Positions 34,936-44,725 of a stretch of DNA of 64,000 bases are shown here, piece by piece. Made by a program: the position numbers and the translations under genes. Below the pieces are notes generated by a model. That model saw nothing but the letters and a program-made list of their open reading frames with translations, had not been told where the DNA came from and searched no databases. Positions within the stretch are counted from its first letter, which is position 1. Every line of letters begins with the position of its first letter. Origin of the DNA: Candidatus Latescibacterota bacterium (GTDB lineage Bacteria; Latescibacterota; UBA2968); the NCBI GenBank assembly GCA_965204745.1, contig OZ242010.1, positions 2,432,001 through 2,496,000 of the forward strand, in the 5' to 3' direction.

Positions 34936-36375
34936 ATGAATACATCTATAGTTACTCAACGCGGTATAAGGTATCCAAGTGGGAGTGAATTCTTTTCTCC
35001 TAGTGAGCGTTTTCCAGAGTATCCATTCGCCACCATATCGAAGATAGAAAATCCAGTGTATCGTCTCGTGAGACAAGTGCTGGTGGATGCAAACCTGGAT
35101 CGGAGTCACTTCGGTAGTTCTTCGTGGAATCCATTAGGGAGCTATATCGCACCCGATAGCCGTGTGTTTATTCTTTGCAACTTCGTCTATCATAGGCGAT
35201 CAAAGGAAACGCCACATAGCTTTCTGGCGAAGTGTATCCATGGATCAGTACTACGTGCATTGATTGATTACGTGTTAATCGCTACTGGACCGCAAGGGAA
35301 AATCGTGTTTGGAAATGCCCCATTGCAATCGTGCAGGTGGTCAAATGTGCTTGCAGATACAGGTGCTGATCGCGTGGCTGAATTTTATGTTGCGGAGGGA
35401 GCTTCTGTGCGAGCCGAGGATCTGCGCCTCTTTATCTCGGAAAAGAGTTTGCTCGGAAAAATAAAAAATAATTATAGCCGTGATGGAGAATCGTCTGCGA
35501 TTAGCTTTGATCTGGGCGAAAGTAGCCTTCTAGCAAAACGGAAGGGGTCTCCTTTCCGCGTCATGAATTACAATCCCGACAAGACTGACCGCTATCACTC
35601 TGGAAATTCCCACATATATGTAATCAACAGATCGGTACTCGATGCACAAACCGTAATTAGTTTGCCAAAGTTGAAAGTGCATGAGAAGGTCGGTCTAACG
35701 GGCGCGATGAAAGGATTTGTCGGCACCGTTGGCCACAAGGATTGTTTGGCACACCATCGTTTTGGATCGCCACTCCTTGGGGGTGATGAGTTTCCGGCAA
35801 AGCAGGCCTTCACAACCCCTCTTTCGAGTTTCCATGATTGGCTGAATCGCAGAGAGGCGGGAGCTCGCTTACAGGGATGTATGGAAATCTTGCACCACTT
35901 GTTGAGTAGTGCCCTACGGCGACTTGGTGTAATTCGCGGTGGGGCATGGCACGGTAATGATACAACTTGGCGAATGGTGCTTGATCTCGTTCAAATAATG
36001 CAGTACGGAGATAGTGCCGGGGCATTGCAGAGGAGCGTACAGCGACGGCACTTGGCACTAATCGACGGTATCGTTGGTGGTGAAGGCAATGGGCCGCTTG
36101 CACCGAGCCCGGTGGACTGCGGGACGCTGATATTCTCGGATGACCTAGTTCTCGCTGACCGGGTTGCATGGAGACTTATGGGTTATCGTCCGGAAGCTTT
36201 GCCGCTTCTGCAAGTATCGAACATGCAACCACGGCAACATAGCTTGGTGGACGGAGAACCGCGGCTGTCGTACAATGGCCTGCCTATAGTTGAGGAAAAG
36301 TTAAGCCCTGTTCTGTCGAGACCATTTGCGGTCCCTCGAGGATGGCACTCCTATTTGTCGAGATGGATTCTATGA
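34936..36375 (+). CDS. DUF362 domain protein
   Basis: VISLPKLKVH..GLTGAMKG, IDGIVGGEGNGP. Confidence 0.8.
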   Translation: MNTSIVTQRGIRYPSGSEFFSPSERFPEYPFATISKIENPVYRLVRQVLVDANLDRSHFGSSSWNPLGSYIAPDSRVFILCNFVYHRRSKETPHSFLAKCIHGSVLRALIDYVLIATGPQGKIVFGNAPLQSCRWSNVLADTGADRVAEFYVAEGASVRAEDLRLFISEKSLLGKIKNNYSRDGESSAISFDLGESSLLAKRKGSPFRVMNYNPDKTDRYHSGNSHIYVINRSVLDAQTVISLPKLKVHEKVGLTGAMKGFVGTVGHKDCLAHHRFGSPLLGGDEFPAKQAFTTPLSSFHDWLNRREAGARLQGCMEILHHLLSSALRRLGVIRGGAWHGNDTTWRMVLDLVQIMQYGDSAGALQRSVQRRHLALIDGIVGGEGNGPLAPSPVDCGTLIFSDDLVLADRVAWRLMGYRPEALPLLQVSNMQPRQHSLVDGEPRLSYNGLPIVEEKLSPVLSRPFAVPRGWHSYLSRWIL

Positions 36376-36481
36376 CGAGACTGCCAACTCGCGTCAGATG
36401 GCACCGAAGATCAGTGTTGGTCACAAAATGGAGAATACTGGTTGATAGTGGTCAATGTACGCGCAAAGAGAGGAGCTACAG

Positions 36482-37807
36482 ATGGCTTGGATTTCAAAAT
36501 CTCGACTAGCGGCTCTCGCTCTTGACCACCAGACGTGGTCACCATCTCAGGTAGCCGCCTACCAACTGAAACGAATAAACAATTTATGGGATGGAGCGAC
36601 TCGAAACATACCACACTATCGCAACTTGGTTAAGAGGCTTGGTTTACCTAAGTCCTTTGACTCTCTACAACAATACATAGCTCTGGTACCACCACTTACT
36701 AAGGATGTTTTCCAGAACCAAGATGTCCCTTACTGGCACCAAAAACCGCGGCCAAATCGCAAGCGAATAACTGGTGGAAGCACGGCAACGCCGATACAGA
36801 TTCCAACTTGGCGCAGGGAGTATGAAGCGAACAGATTGGATCCGTGGCTCGGTCGATCGTGGTATGGAATCGATCCATGCAATCGCCTGTTACTGTATTG
36901 GGGACACTCGCACTTGCTGGGGGAAGGATGGCGAGGGAAGGTTAACGGCTGGCTTAGGTCGATCAAGGATCTGGTACAGAACTATAAGAGGTGTTCCAGC
37001 TACGATATGTCTCAGACCGCACTGAGAAACGCCGGGCGGTACTTGTTGGAATCAAAAGCTCGTTTTGTACTTGGTTACTCATGCTATCTCGACCGATTGG
37101 CAAAGACAAACGCTCACTTGTCCTCAGCCTTTGCAGACTTAGGCTTAAAGGCAGTAATTGGCGCTGCCGAAGGGTTTCCCTTTGAGGATTCGGAACCGCG
37201 GATTGAGGAGGTTTTTCAGGCACCAATAGGTATGGAGTACGGCTCGGTGGAAACGGGTCTCATCGCACACACACATCCGGCCGGTGGCTATCGCGTATTT
37301 TGGAACAACTACTTACTCGAGTATTGCCCAGGGTCAGCGTTGCAGGAGGTTTTTGTAACATCCTTGTTTCGGCGCTGTACACCGCTGTTCCGCTATCAGT
37401 TGAACGACCGTTATGAATTCGCAGATGAGTCGCAACAGGTCGCAGGCTGTTCAACTCTTTCCTTTGGTCGTGTCGTCGGACGGAGCAACAGTTCCATCTC
37501 TTTGCCCAATGGTCAGATCTTACACTCGGAATCGGCAACTCATATCGTCCGCGGCATCTCTAAAATTACCGGTTATCAATTTGTGTCTTGGAAAGATCAA
37601 GTGACCCTGAATGTTACTGCGAATAAACCACTTGGGGATGAGGATCTCAAGCGTATCTACGGCATGGCGAGACGGATCGATTCTCAGTTTGGTAAGTTCC
37701 TGAGAATACAGGAGGTACCGGATTTGGACCGCACGGTAGCCGGGAAGACTCCGATGATTCTCAATAAAGACAGACCATATCGCGTCGGGGATAGCGAACA
37801 TCCATAG
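36482..37807 (+). CDS. Phenylacetate-CoA ligase-like (CapK-like) adenylate-forming protein
   Basis: TGGSTATP, YGSVETG, PLFRYQLND, VVGR; GAGGAG RBS. Confidence 0.8.
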   Translation: MAWISKSRLAALALDHQTWSPSQVAAYQLKRINNLWDGATRNIPHYRNLVKRLGLPKSFDSLQQYIALVPPLTKDVFQNQDVPYWHQKPRPNRKRITGGSTATPIQIPTWRREYEANRLDPWLGRSWYGIDPCNRLLLYWGHSHLLGEGWRGKVNGWLRSIKDLVQNYKRCSSYDMSQTALRNAGRYLLESKARFVLGYSCYLDRLAKTNAHLSSAFADLGLKAVIGAAEGFPFEDSEPRIEEVFQAPIGMEYGSVETGLIAHTHPAGGYRVFWNNYLLEYCPGSALQEVFVTSLFRRCTPLFRYQLNDRYEFADESQQVAGCSTLSFGRVVGRSNSSISLPNGQILHSESATHIVRGISKITGYQFVSWKDQVTLNVTANKPLGDEDLKRIYGMARRIDSQFGKFLRIQEVPDLDRTVAGKTPMILNKDRPYRVGDSEHP

Positions 37808-39028
37808 GTGAGTACGGGGATCTTGAAGAGCGAAAGAGAGGACACATTGAAAGTTTTACACGTCATCGTCAGCCTGGCACCTGAACAAGGGGGGCCAGCG
37901 GTGTCTGTCCCAGGGCTGACGCAGGCTTTGGCTGAGGCGGGTATTCACTGCGAGATTTTTACGACTAACTGGAACGGCGTTGGTGATGACGCAATGTTGC
38001 CTTCCGTTGTTCCAATTCACCGATTCGAGGTGGGATTCGCGGCGCGCTTCTGGCCGGCTTATTCAAAAGGACTGGGCAAGGTGCTTGAAAAAAAAATGGG
38101 AAATGGGGCTTTTGATCTCGTTCACGTCCACGAGCCTTGGCATTACTTGGGATTCATCGCATTCCGCGTTGCTCGTAAAAACGCCCTTCCTTATGTTTTG
38201 AGTCCGAGAGGCGCGCTTAAAGAATGGTGTCTCCGGCAAAAGGCATTCAAAAAGCGGATATATCGAATGATGATCCAAGACCGCATTCTGAAATTCGCTG
38301 ATGCCATTCACGCGCTTACAAACGAGGAGATGACGAGCATCTCCAAACTCGGGTACAAAAGTTCCATCTTTGTCGCTCCCAACGGCATCGATCCATCTCC
38401 ATTCGAGTGCCCGCCTGATACATCGGCGTTCTTAGCGGCGTACCCAGAATTGGTGGGCAAGCGCGTGATTCTATACTTGGGGCGCTTGCATCCCAACAAG
38501 GGCTTGGATGTGCTTGCGCGAAGCTATGCAAACCTATCGCACAAGTTTAAGGATTCCGCGTTGCTGGTCGCCGGTCCGAATGAGAAAGGCACCCAAAAAA
38601 GAATGGAATCAATTTTGAAGACGTCGCCGGCTTCAGGCAGTACCGTATTCACCGGCCTGTTGACCGGCAAAGACAAGTTGGCGGCACTGGCGTGCGCGGG
38701 TCTGTTCGTTCTGCCCTCCCCCTCGGAGGGGTTCAGCATGGCAATACTCGAAGCACTGGCGGCTGGACTGCCCGTAGTCATCTCCAAACAATGCAATTTT
38801 CCCGAAGTGTCTGAACACGACGCGGGGCTCGTCATTGAACCCAATGATGCGGCTGTGACCGAGGCGATCAGCACATTGCTGTCAGACGATCAACTCCGCA
38901 CCCGCATGGGACAAAATGGCCGGAATCTGGTGAGGGAAAAGTACACTTGGGACGCAATCGCCGCGTCAATGGCTGGCCTTTATCAAAGGCTGGTCGCTCG
39001 GCGGTCTGCAAAGCGAAAGTTCGTCTGA
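37808..39028 (+). CDS. Glycosyltransferase family 4
   Basis: LGRLHPNKG, EGFSMAILEALAAG. Confidence 0.9.
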   Translation: MSTGILKSEREDTLKVLHVIVSLAPEQGGPAVSVPGLTQALAEAGIHCEIFTTNWNGVGDDAMLPSVVPIHRFEVGFAARFWPAYSKGLGKVLEKKMGNGAFDLVHVHEPWHYLGFIAFRVARKNALPYVLSPRGALKEWCLRQKAFKKRIYRMMIQDRILKFADAIHALTNEEMTSISKLGYKSSIFVAPNGIDPSPFECPPDTSAFLAAYPELVGKRVILYLGRLHPNKGLDVLARSYANLSHKFKDSALLVAGPNEKGTQKRMESILKTSPASGSTVFTGLLTGKDKLAALACAGLFVLPSPSEGFSMAILEALAAGLPVVISKQCNFPEVSEHDAGLVIEPNDAAVTEAISTLLSDDQLRTRMGQNGRNLVREKYTWDAIAASMAGLYQRLVARRSAKRKFV

Positions 39029-39076
39029 TCCCTATATGTCCCGACGCAGGCAATTTTAAAAGAGGTCAACCGTATA

Positions 39077-40372
39077 ATGGGTATAGATATTCGAGATTTG
39101 TTTCTTACCTTTAAGGGGGTGAGGCTGGCACAATCTGTACTTAATAAGACGCAGTTCATGTCTTCAGCCGAGATTGCAGAATTTCAACTCAGTGCATTGA
39201 AACGCACACTCATCCAGGCCTACTGTCAGATACCTTACTATCAAAAACTGTTCTGGGAACACGATTTTGATCCTTATTCACTGAAATCACTCGACGCTTT
39301 ATCTCGGCTCCCGGTTCTTTCAAAGAAAGATGTGATTTCAGCCCCTAGCGATTTTTGTAGCTTTTTGACGGGTGAGCGCACCGTTGAGCTACATACTTCT
39401 GGAACAACCGGAAATCCGATGGCCACATTCACCTCTGAGCGACAATGGGTCGTTGAGCAGGCAGCAATCTGGCGTCAGTGGAAATGGGCAGGTTATAGGT
39501 TTCGGGACAAAATGGCGATTATCAGAAGCTATGCACCAAAAGCCGGAGAGCCTTTGACAAAGTTTGATCGGCTGAAGAACTGGCTCTACATTTCGCCATA
39601 TAACTTAGACGAAAAAAATGTGCTAGATCACCTGAGAGTATTGGAAAAATGGCAACCGAAATTTCTTCGTGGCTATCCTTCGTCGCTCTATCTTTTCGCT
39701 CGCGTTGCGCGAACACATAAAAAAACGCTACCAAGTTTGAAAGCTACGCTGACTGCCTCTGAAGTTCTTAGCGAAGAATATAGATGGGAAATTGAAGAGG
39801 CGTTCGGCATTCCGGTATTTGACCATTATGGACAGGCTGAAATATCAGCCATGTTGCATGAGTGCGAATACCACACTGGCTTGCACATTCTAGACGATTA
39901 CGCATATACAGAGCTATTAGACTCAGATACACCTGGGCAAAAACGACTCATTGCCACCAACTTGTTCAACGACGTAATGCCTTTGATTCGCTATAATACG
40001 GGGGATCTCGTGATTCCCAAGAAAGGAGAGTGCCCTTGTGGTCGAAGTTTCCGCTTGGTTTATCGCATTATAGGCCGGGCGGACCAAATGTTAGTTCATC
40101 GGGAAGGTTACTTCCTTCCACCTGTTAATTTTTATACGTATTTTTCAAAATTCAAAGATATTCTACGCTACCAGATCGTACAAGAGAGCGAAACCGAAGT
40201 AAAAGTGCTTGTACAATCGTCGAGGGGTGAAGACATATCCCGAACCATCAAAAACATAAAAAAAGAAATGGCTCTTAGGTTTGGAGGCCCAGTAGAAGTC
40301 ATTGAAACAGAAGCATTTGTATTGTCGGGAGAAGGAAAATGCAATATTATTGTGCAAAAAATAAGATGGTAA
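39077..40372 (+). CDS. Phenylacetate-CoA ligase-like (CapK-like) protein
   Basis: TSGTTGNP, YGQAE, MPLIRYNTGD, CPCGR. Confidence 0.85.
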   Translation: MGIDIRDLFLTFKGVRLAQSVLNKTQFMSSAEIAEFQLSALKRTLIQAYCQIPYYQKLFWEHDFDPYSLKSLDALSRLPVLSKKDVISAPSDFCSFLTGERTVELHTSGTTGNPMATFTSERQWVVEQAAIWRQWKWAGYRFRDKMAIIRSYAPKAGEPLTKFDRLKNWLYISPYNLDEKNVLDHLRVLEKWQPKFLRGYPSSLYLFARVARTHKKTLPSLKATLTASEVLSEEYRWEIEEAFGIPVFDHYGQAEISAMLHECEYHTGLHILDDYAYTELLDSDTPGQKRLIATNLFNDVMPLIRYNTGDLVIPKKGECPCGRSFRLVYRIIGRADQMLVHREGYFLPPVNFYTYFSKFKDILRYQIVQESETEVKVLVQSSRGEDISRTIKNIKKEMALRFGGPVEVIETEAFVLSGEGKCNIIVQKIRW

Positions 40373-41163
40373 TGGTTGCTGAACTTCACTGCCACACACG
40401 ACGTTCATTCGATGCGTTTACCACGGAGCGCGAACTGTTGAACGCGTGTTTGATCAAGGGAATTGATGTCGTAGCGATTACAGAACACGACCAAATTGCA
40501 AAGATTGACGATGCAATACTCCAAAAGAATGGAATACAAGTTATTCCCGGTTGTGAATTCACGACAGAAATGGGTGCACACATTATTGGGTTGTTCGTAG
40601 GGGAAGCACTCGCGAAAGGAACGAATGTTCAACGAATTTTGGATCATATCGTCTCGCATGATGGCCTCGTTTTAATACCTCATCCGTTTAAGCCCAAAAC
40701 GGGTGTTTGTGTAGTATATGACGATTATTCCTCAATTTTGGACAAAGCGCAGTTAATCGAGTTGTATAACGGAGGTCACGATCCAAAAGATGAGCGCGAG
40801 TTGCGAGTTATCGAAACTCTAGCAACGAAATTTCAACTTCGTCTCGTTGCGACTAGTGATGCCCACAAATCCCGTCAGATAGGATATTACGTAACAAAAA
40901 TAACAAATGTTTTCCAGTCGGATCTAAAGACTTCTCTGCTACACTCTCCGTTAGAGCATTATGTGGATGTATCGGCTAAAAAAAGACACCGCCGCTTGAA
41001 AGTCATCCAAAAAAATTCGATTTATCAAAATATGGTCTCCACGGTTCCGTCGTTTTTGAAACGCGGGATAAAAATGGTGTTCTATAGCCTCAGGATAAAG
41101 CGAAAAATAAAAAGGTCAACATACAAAAAAATTGGAACCCAATATGGCCGTGCGACCAAATAG
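40366..41163 (+). CDS. PHP-domain metallophosphoesterase
   Basis: ELHCHT, AITEHD, PHPF, SDAH. Confidence 0.85.
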   Translation: MVMVAELHCHTRRSFDAFTTERELLNACLIKGIDVVAITEHDQIAKIDDAILQKNGIQVIPGCEFTTEMGAHIIGLFVGEALAKGTNVQRILDHIVSHDGLVLIPHPFKPKTGVCVVYDDYSSILDKAQLIELYNGGHDPKDERELRVIETLATKFQLRLVATSDAHKSRQIGYYVTKITNVFQSDLKTSLLHSPLEHYVDVSAKKRHRRLKVIQKNSIYQNMVSTVPSFLKRGIKMVFYSLRIKRKIKRSTYKKIGTQYGRATK

Positions 41164-42256
41164 ATTTATAGAAAAACTCGATCCATACAAGATTACCACT
41201 CAAGAGCCGTGGAACGAAAAGGACCGGAAGGCAGTCCTTAAACTCGATTGGAATGAAGCGACATTTGTGCCTTCGTTTATTCGAGACTTTGCAATTCAAC
41301 TCCTGAAATCAGATGAGTATTTTAATTGGTACCCTGATTACAACGCGCACCAACTGCATAAAGCACTTGCTGAATCATTGGGAGTTTCCGTCATGGAAGT
41401 CCTTTCCTTTCCCGGCTCCGATGCCGCTCTTGAGGCTTTGTGCAGATGTTATCTAGCGCCTCGCTTCAAAGCTGTTGCAGTCACACCGAGTTACTCTAAT
41501 TTTTTTGTTTTTGCAAAATCTATCGGTGCATCAGTTAATTATGTGCCTATTCCCAAACCGTTCTGTTTTGATTTGGATATGGTCATCAACAAAACAAAGA
41601 AAGTAAGGGGACAACTTCTATATCTAGTAACTCCTAACAATCCTTGTGGGTACTTTATCGATCCCACCGATGTATCTAAAATATGCGATCTATTGCCGGA
41701 TGTTCTTATCGTATGTGATCAAGCTTATGTCGAATTCGCTACTTATGCCGATTGTGTCCACCTGATCAGCGATCATCCGAATCTGATAATCGTTCGTACT
41801 TTTTCCAAGGCTTACTCGCTCGCGGGGATGCGGGTGGGTTATGTAGTCGCCCAACACGAAATTCTAAAAAATCTAAGTAAAATTCGGAACGGGAAAAATC
41901 TTATTATGCTCGCGCAAAAACTTGCAATAGAATGTTTGAAGCACCCGACTTGGCTAGAGGACTGGGTAAAAGAGATTATACGAGAAAAAGAAAAACTTTA
42001 CAAAATTCTCGACCAATTTGAAATTCCTTACTACCATAGTCATGGCAATTTTGTGCTATTCGAACTGAGTTCGCCAAAGAAAGCAGTGGCAGAGTTCAAA
42101 AAAAGGCGAATTTTCATTCGGGATCAAAGTGAAGCCATCGAGGGCGGTGTACGCGTGACTATCGGACACAGTTCCGCAATGAAACGATTTGCGAACGTGC
42201 TTCAAGAAATTATTTCGGAAGATACTAGGGGGGTTACTCTTCGCGGTCTATCATAA
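41144..42256 (+). CDS. Histidinol-phosphate aminotransferase-like PLP enzyme
   Basis: LKLDWNE, PNNP, DQAYVEF, RTFSKAYSLAGMRVGY. Confidence 0.85.
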   Translation: MAVRPNRFIEKLDPYKITTQEPWNEKDRKAVLKLDWNEATFVPSFIRDFAIQLLKSDEYFNWYPDYNAHQLHKALAESLGVSVMEVLSFPGSDAALEALCRCYLAPRFKAVAVTPSYSNFFVFAKSIGASVNYVPIPKPFCFDLDMVINKTKKVRGQLLYLVTPNNPCGYFIDPTDVSKICDLLPDVLIVCDQAYVEFATYADCVHLISDHPNLIIVRTFSKAYSLAGMRVGYVVAQHEILKNLSKIRNGKNLIMLAQKLAIECLKHPTWLEDWVKEIIREKEKLYKILDQFEIPYYHSHGNFVLFELSSPKKAVAEFKKRRIFIRDQSEAIEGGVRVTIGHSSAMKRFANVLQEIISEDTRGVTLRGLS

Positions 42257-42441
42257 GCCCGATGTTGATCTACTCTGTTGCTGTCAGCCAATCCATTTGC
42301 AAAAATCCCTGTCTGATTTGAATTACCTCGCAATTACGCAATTAACTGTTTTTCCCTTCTGAGTGTTGTCCTTACATCGGTGCGAGAGGTCAACTACGGA
42401 GTCGGGCTAAGTTGGGACCCAATAACGCAACTGGTTCCGTT

Positions 42442-44628
42442 ATGAAACAAATTCTCCAGTCCTATCGAACCGGTGAACTGTGGATGGCCGAAGTGCCGGT
42501 ACCCACATGTGGTCGCGGTGGTGTGCTGATCAGAACGCGATCTAGCGTGGTTTCAGCCGGTACGGAAAGGATCGCGCGGACGCTTGCCAAAAAGAGCCTA
42601 ATCGGCAAGGCGCGGGCGCGTCCCGATTTGGTCAGACAGGTGCTCAAGAAAGTGAAAACCGAAGGGATCAAGCCCGCAATGGAACAGGTCTTTGCCCGAC
42701 TCGACGAGCCGATCAGTCTCGGCTATTCCGCCGCAGGCGATGTCGTCGAGATTGGGTGCGAAGCTATCGGATTCCAACCCGGTGACCGCGTGGCAATGGC
42801 CGGCGCGGGTTACGCGGCACACGCCGAGTTCAACTTTGTTCCTCGGAACCTGTGCGCGAAAATTCCCGAAGGCGTCTCATACCCGGACGCTGCCTTTGCA
42901 ACCATTGGCGCAGTCGCCCTACAAGGTGTGCGTCAGGCCCAGCCCTTGATCGGGGAGCGGGTCGCAGTCATCGGCTTGGGGTTGCTCGGCTTATTGACCG
43001 TGCAAATCCTGAAAGCCAATGGTTGCGCCGTGCTGGGGTTTGATCTATGCGAAGAACGGGTGGCACTCGCCGGGAAGTTGGGGGCAGATGTTGCGGTAAG
43101 TGCCAATCCCGAAAAAGCCTGCGACGCATTCACCGGGGGGCGCGGTGCCGATGCCGTCATTATCACTGCGGCCACGCCCAGTAGCGAACCAGTCATACAT
43201 GCCGCCGAGATGTCTCGACACAAGGGCCGCGTGATCGCTGTCGGAACAGTGGGCATGAATGTGCCACGCGAGGCATTTTATCGCAAAGAACTCGACATGC
43301 GCTTGTCGATGTCCTACGGCCCGGGGCGATACGATCCCGCTTATGAAGAACGGGGGCACGACTACCCGTTCGCATATGTGCGCTTCACCGAGCAACGCAA
43401 CCTGGAGAGCTTTTTGTATTTGGTGCAACAGGGCAAGGTGACGCCCGCGGCATTGGTGACGCATCGCTTGGCTTTTGAAAACGCGCTCGACGCTTACGCG
43501 CTGATAGAGGGCAAGTTGCCCAAGGGCAACGCGCTCGATCCCAAGTACCTCGGTATTCTGTTGGAATACGCAAAAGACGCGCCATTGGAACGCACGGTAC
43601 ATCGCGGCGATGCAGTCGGTTCGGGTGGCAACGAGATCGGCGCAGGCTTCATCGGCGCAGGCAATTTCGCCAGGGGCGTCTTGCTACCGCACCTGACCAA
43701 ACTGCGCGGCGTCGAGTTGACGGGTGTTTGCACGAGCACCGGCAAAAGCGCGCAACAGACCGCACAGCAATTCAAGTTCGGCCTGGCGACAACTGATCCA
43801 GCGGCATTGCTCGAAGATGGCGATATCGACGCCGTGTTCATCGCCACGCGGCACGACAACCACGCATCTTTGGTCAGCGCGGCATTGCGCGCAGCCAAGC
43901 ATGTTTTCGTCGAAAAACCGCTTTGCATCCGCGAAGCCGAACTCGACGAAATCGAACAAGCACTCAAAGACGGCCGCGATGCCGGGCAACAGCCGTGTCT
44001 GATGGTCGGCTTCAACCGCCGCTTCTCGCCCCATGCGCGTGCATTGCAAGCCGCGTTCGAGAACCGCACCATTCCGATGGTGGTGAGCTACCGCGTCAAT
44101 GCCGGGCGCGTTCCTGCGGAGAGTTGGATTCGCGATCCCGCCGAAGGCGGCGGGCGCATCATCGGCGAATGTTGCCATTTTGTCGATTTTTGTACGGCAC
44201 TGATCGGTAGCGCGCCTGCGACCGTGACCGCCAACAGCATTTCCTCGGATCGTTGCGCCATCGCATCCTCAGACTCCGTCGTCATCACCATCCAATACGC
44301 CGATGGCTCGCTGGCGACCATTCAATACCTGGCCGAAGGCCACGAGGACATGCCGAAAGAGCGTTGCGAGGTATTCGCAGATGGCAAGAGCGCGGTCATG
44401 GACGACTTCCGCACGACCCAGTTCTATGGCGGGGGCAGAAACGTGCGCGGCAAGCAAGCCAAGGGCTTTGCCGAAGAATTGCGCGCTTTCCTCGATGTCT
44501 GCCGCAACGGCGGTGCTTGGCCCATCTCTTGGCAGAGTCTGGTCGGCACGCACCGCGTATGCTTCGGGGCCATGCGTAGTCTTGAAAATGGGCAGATTGT
44601 ACACATCGAATCCCGTTCCGTTCTTTAG
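42442..44628 (+). CDS. Bi-domain oxidoreductase (Zn-ADH-like + Gfo/Idh/MocA) of polysaccharide clusters
   Basis: SAGTE, LGYSAAG, GLGLLG, SYGPGRYD, IGAGNFA, VEKP, GFNRRF. Confidence 0.88.
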   Translation: MKQILQSYRTGELWMAEVPVPTCGRGGVLIRTRSSVVSAGTERIARTLAKKSLIGKARARPDLVRQVLKKVKTEGIKPAMEQVFARLDEPISLGYSAAGDVVEIGCEAIGFQPGDRVAMAGAGYAAHAEFNFVPRNLCAKIPEGVSYPDAAFATIGAVALQGVRQAQPLIGERVAVIGLGLLGLLTVQILKANGCAVLGFDLCEERVALAGKLGADVAVSANPEKACDAFTGGRGADAVIITAATPSSEPVIHAAEMSRHKGRVIAVGTVGMNVPREAFYRKELDMRLSMSYGPGRYDPAYEERGHDYPFAYVRFTEQRNLESFLYLVQQGKVTPAALVTHRLAFENALDAYALIEGKLPKGNALDPKYLGILLEYAKDAPLERTVHRGDAVGSGGNEIGAGFIGAGNFARGVLLPHLTKLRGVELTGVCTSTGKSAQQTAQQFKFGLATTDPAALLEDGDIDAVFIATRHDNHASLVSAALRAAKHVFVEKPLCIREAELDEIEQALKDGRDAGQQPCLMVGFNRRFSPHARALQAAFENRTIPMVVSYRVNAGRVPAESWIRDPAEGGGRIIGECCHFVDFCTALIGSAPATVTANSISSDRCAIASSDSVVITIQYADGSLATIQYLAEGHEDMPKERCEVFADGKSAVMDDFRTTQFYGGGRNVRGKQAKGFAEELRAFLDVCRNGGAWPISWQSLVGTHRVCFGAMRSLENGQIVHIESRSVL

Positions 44629-44725
44629 ATTATACGACCAAGGTTCAACTGCTACCTTTAGCCATAAACCTACCGACTTTCCCACCCTCCCTTACTCAGT
44701 CTAATCCGTTTGCCAGAGTTCATTT

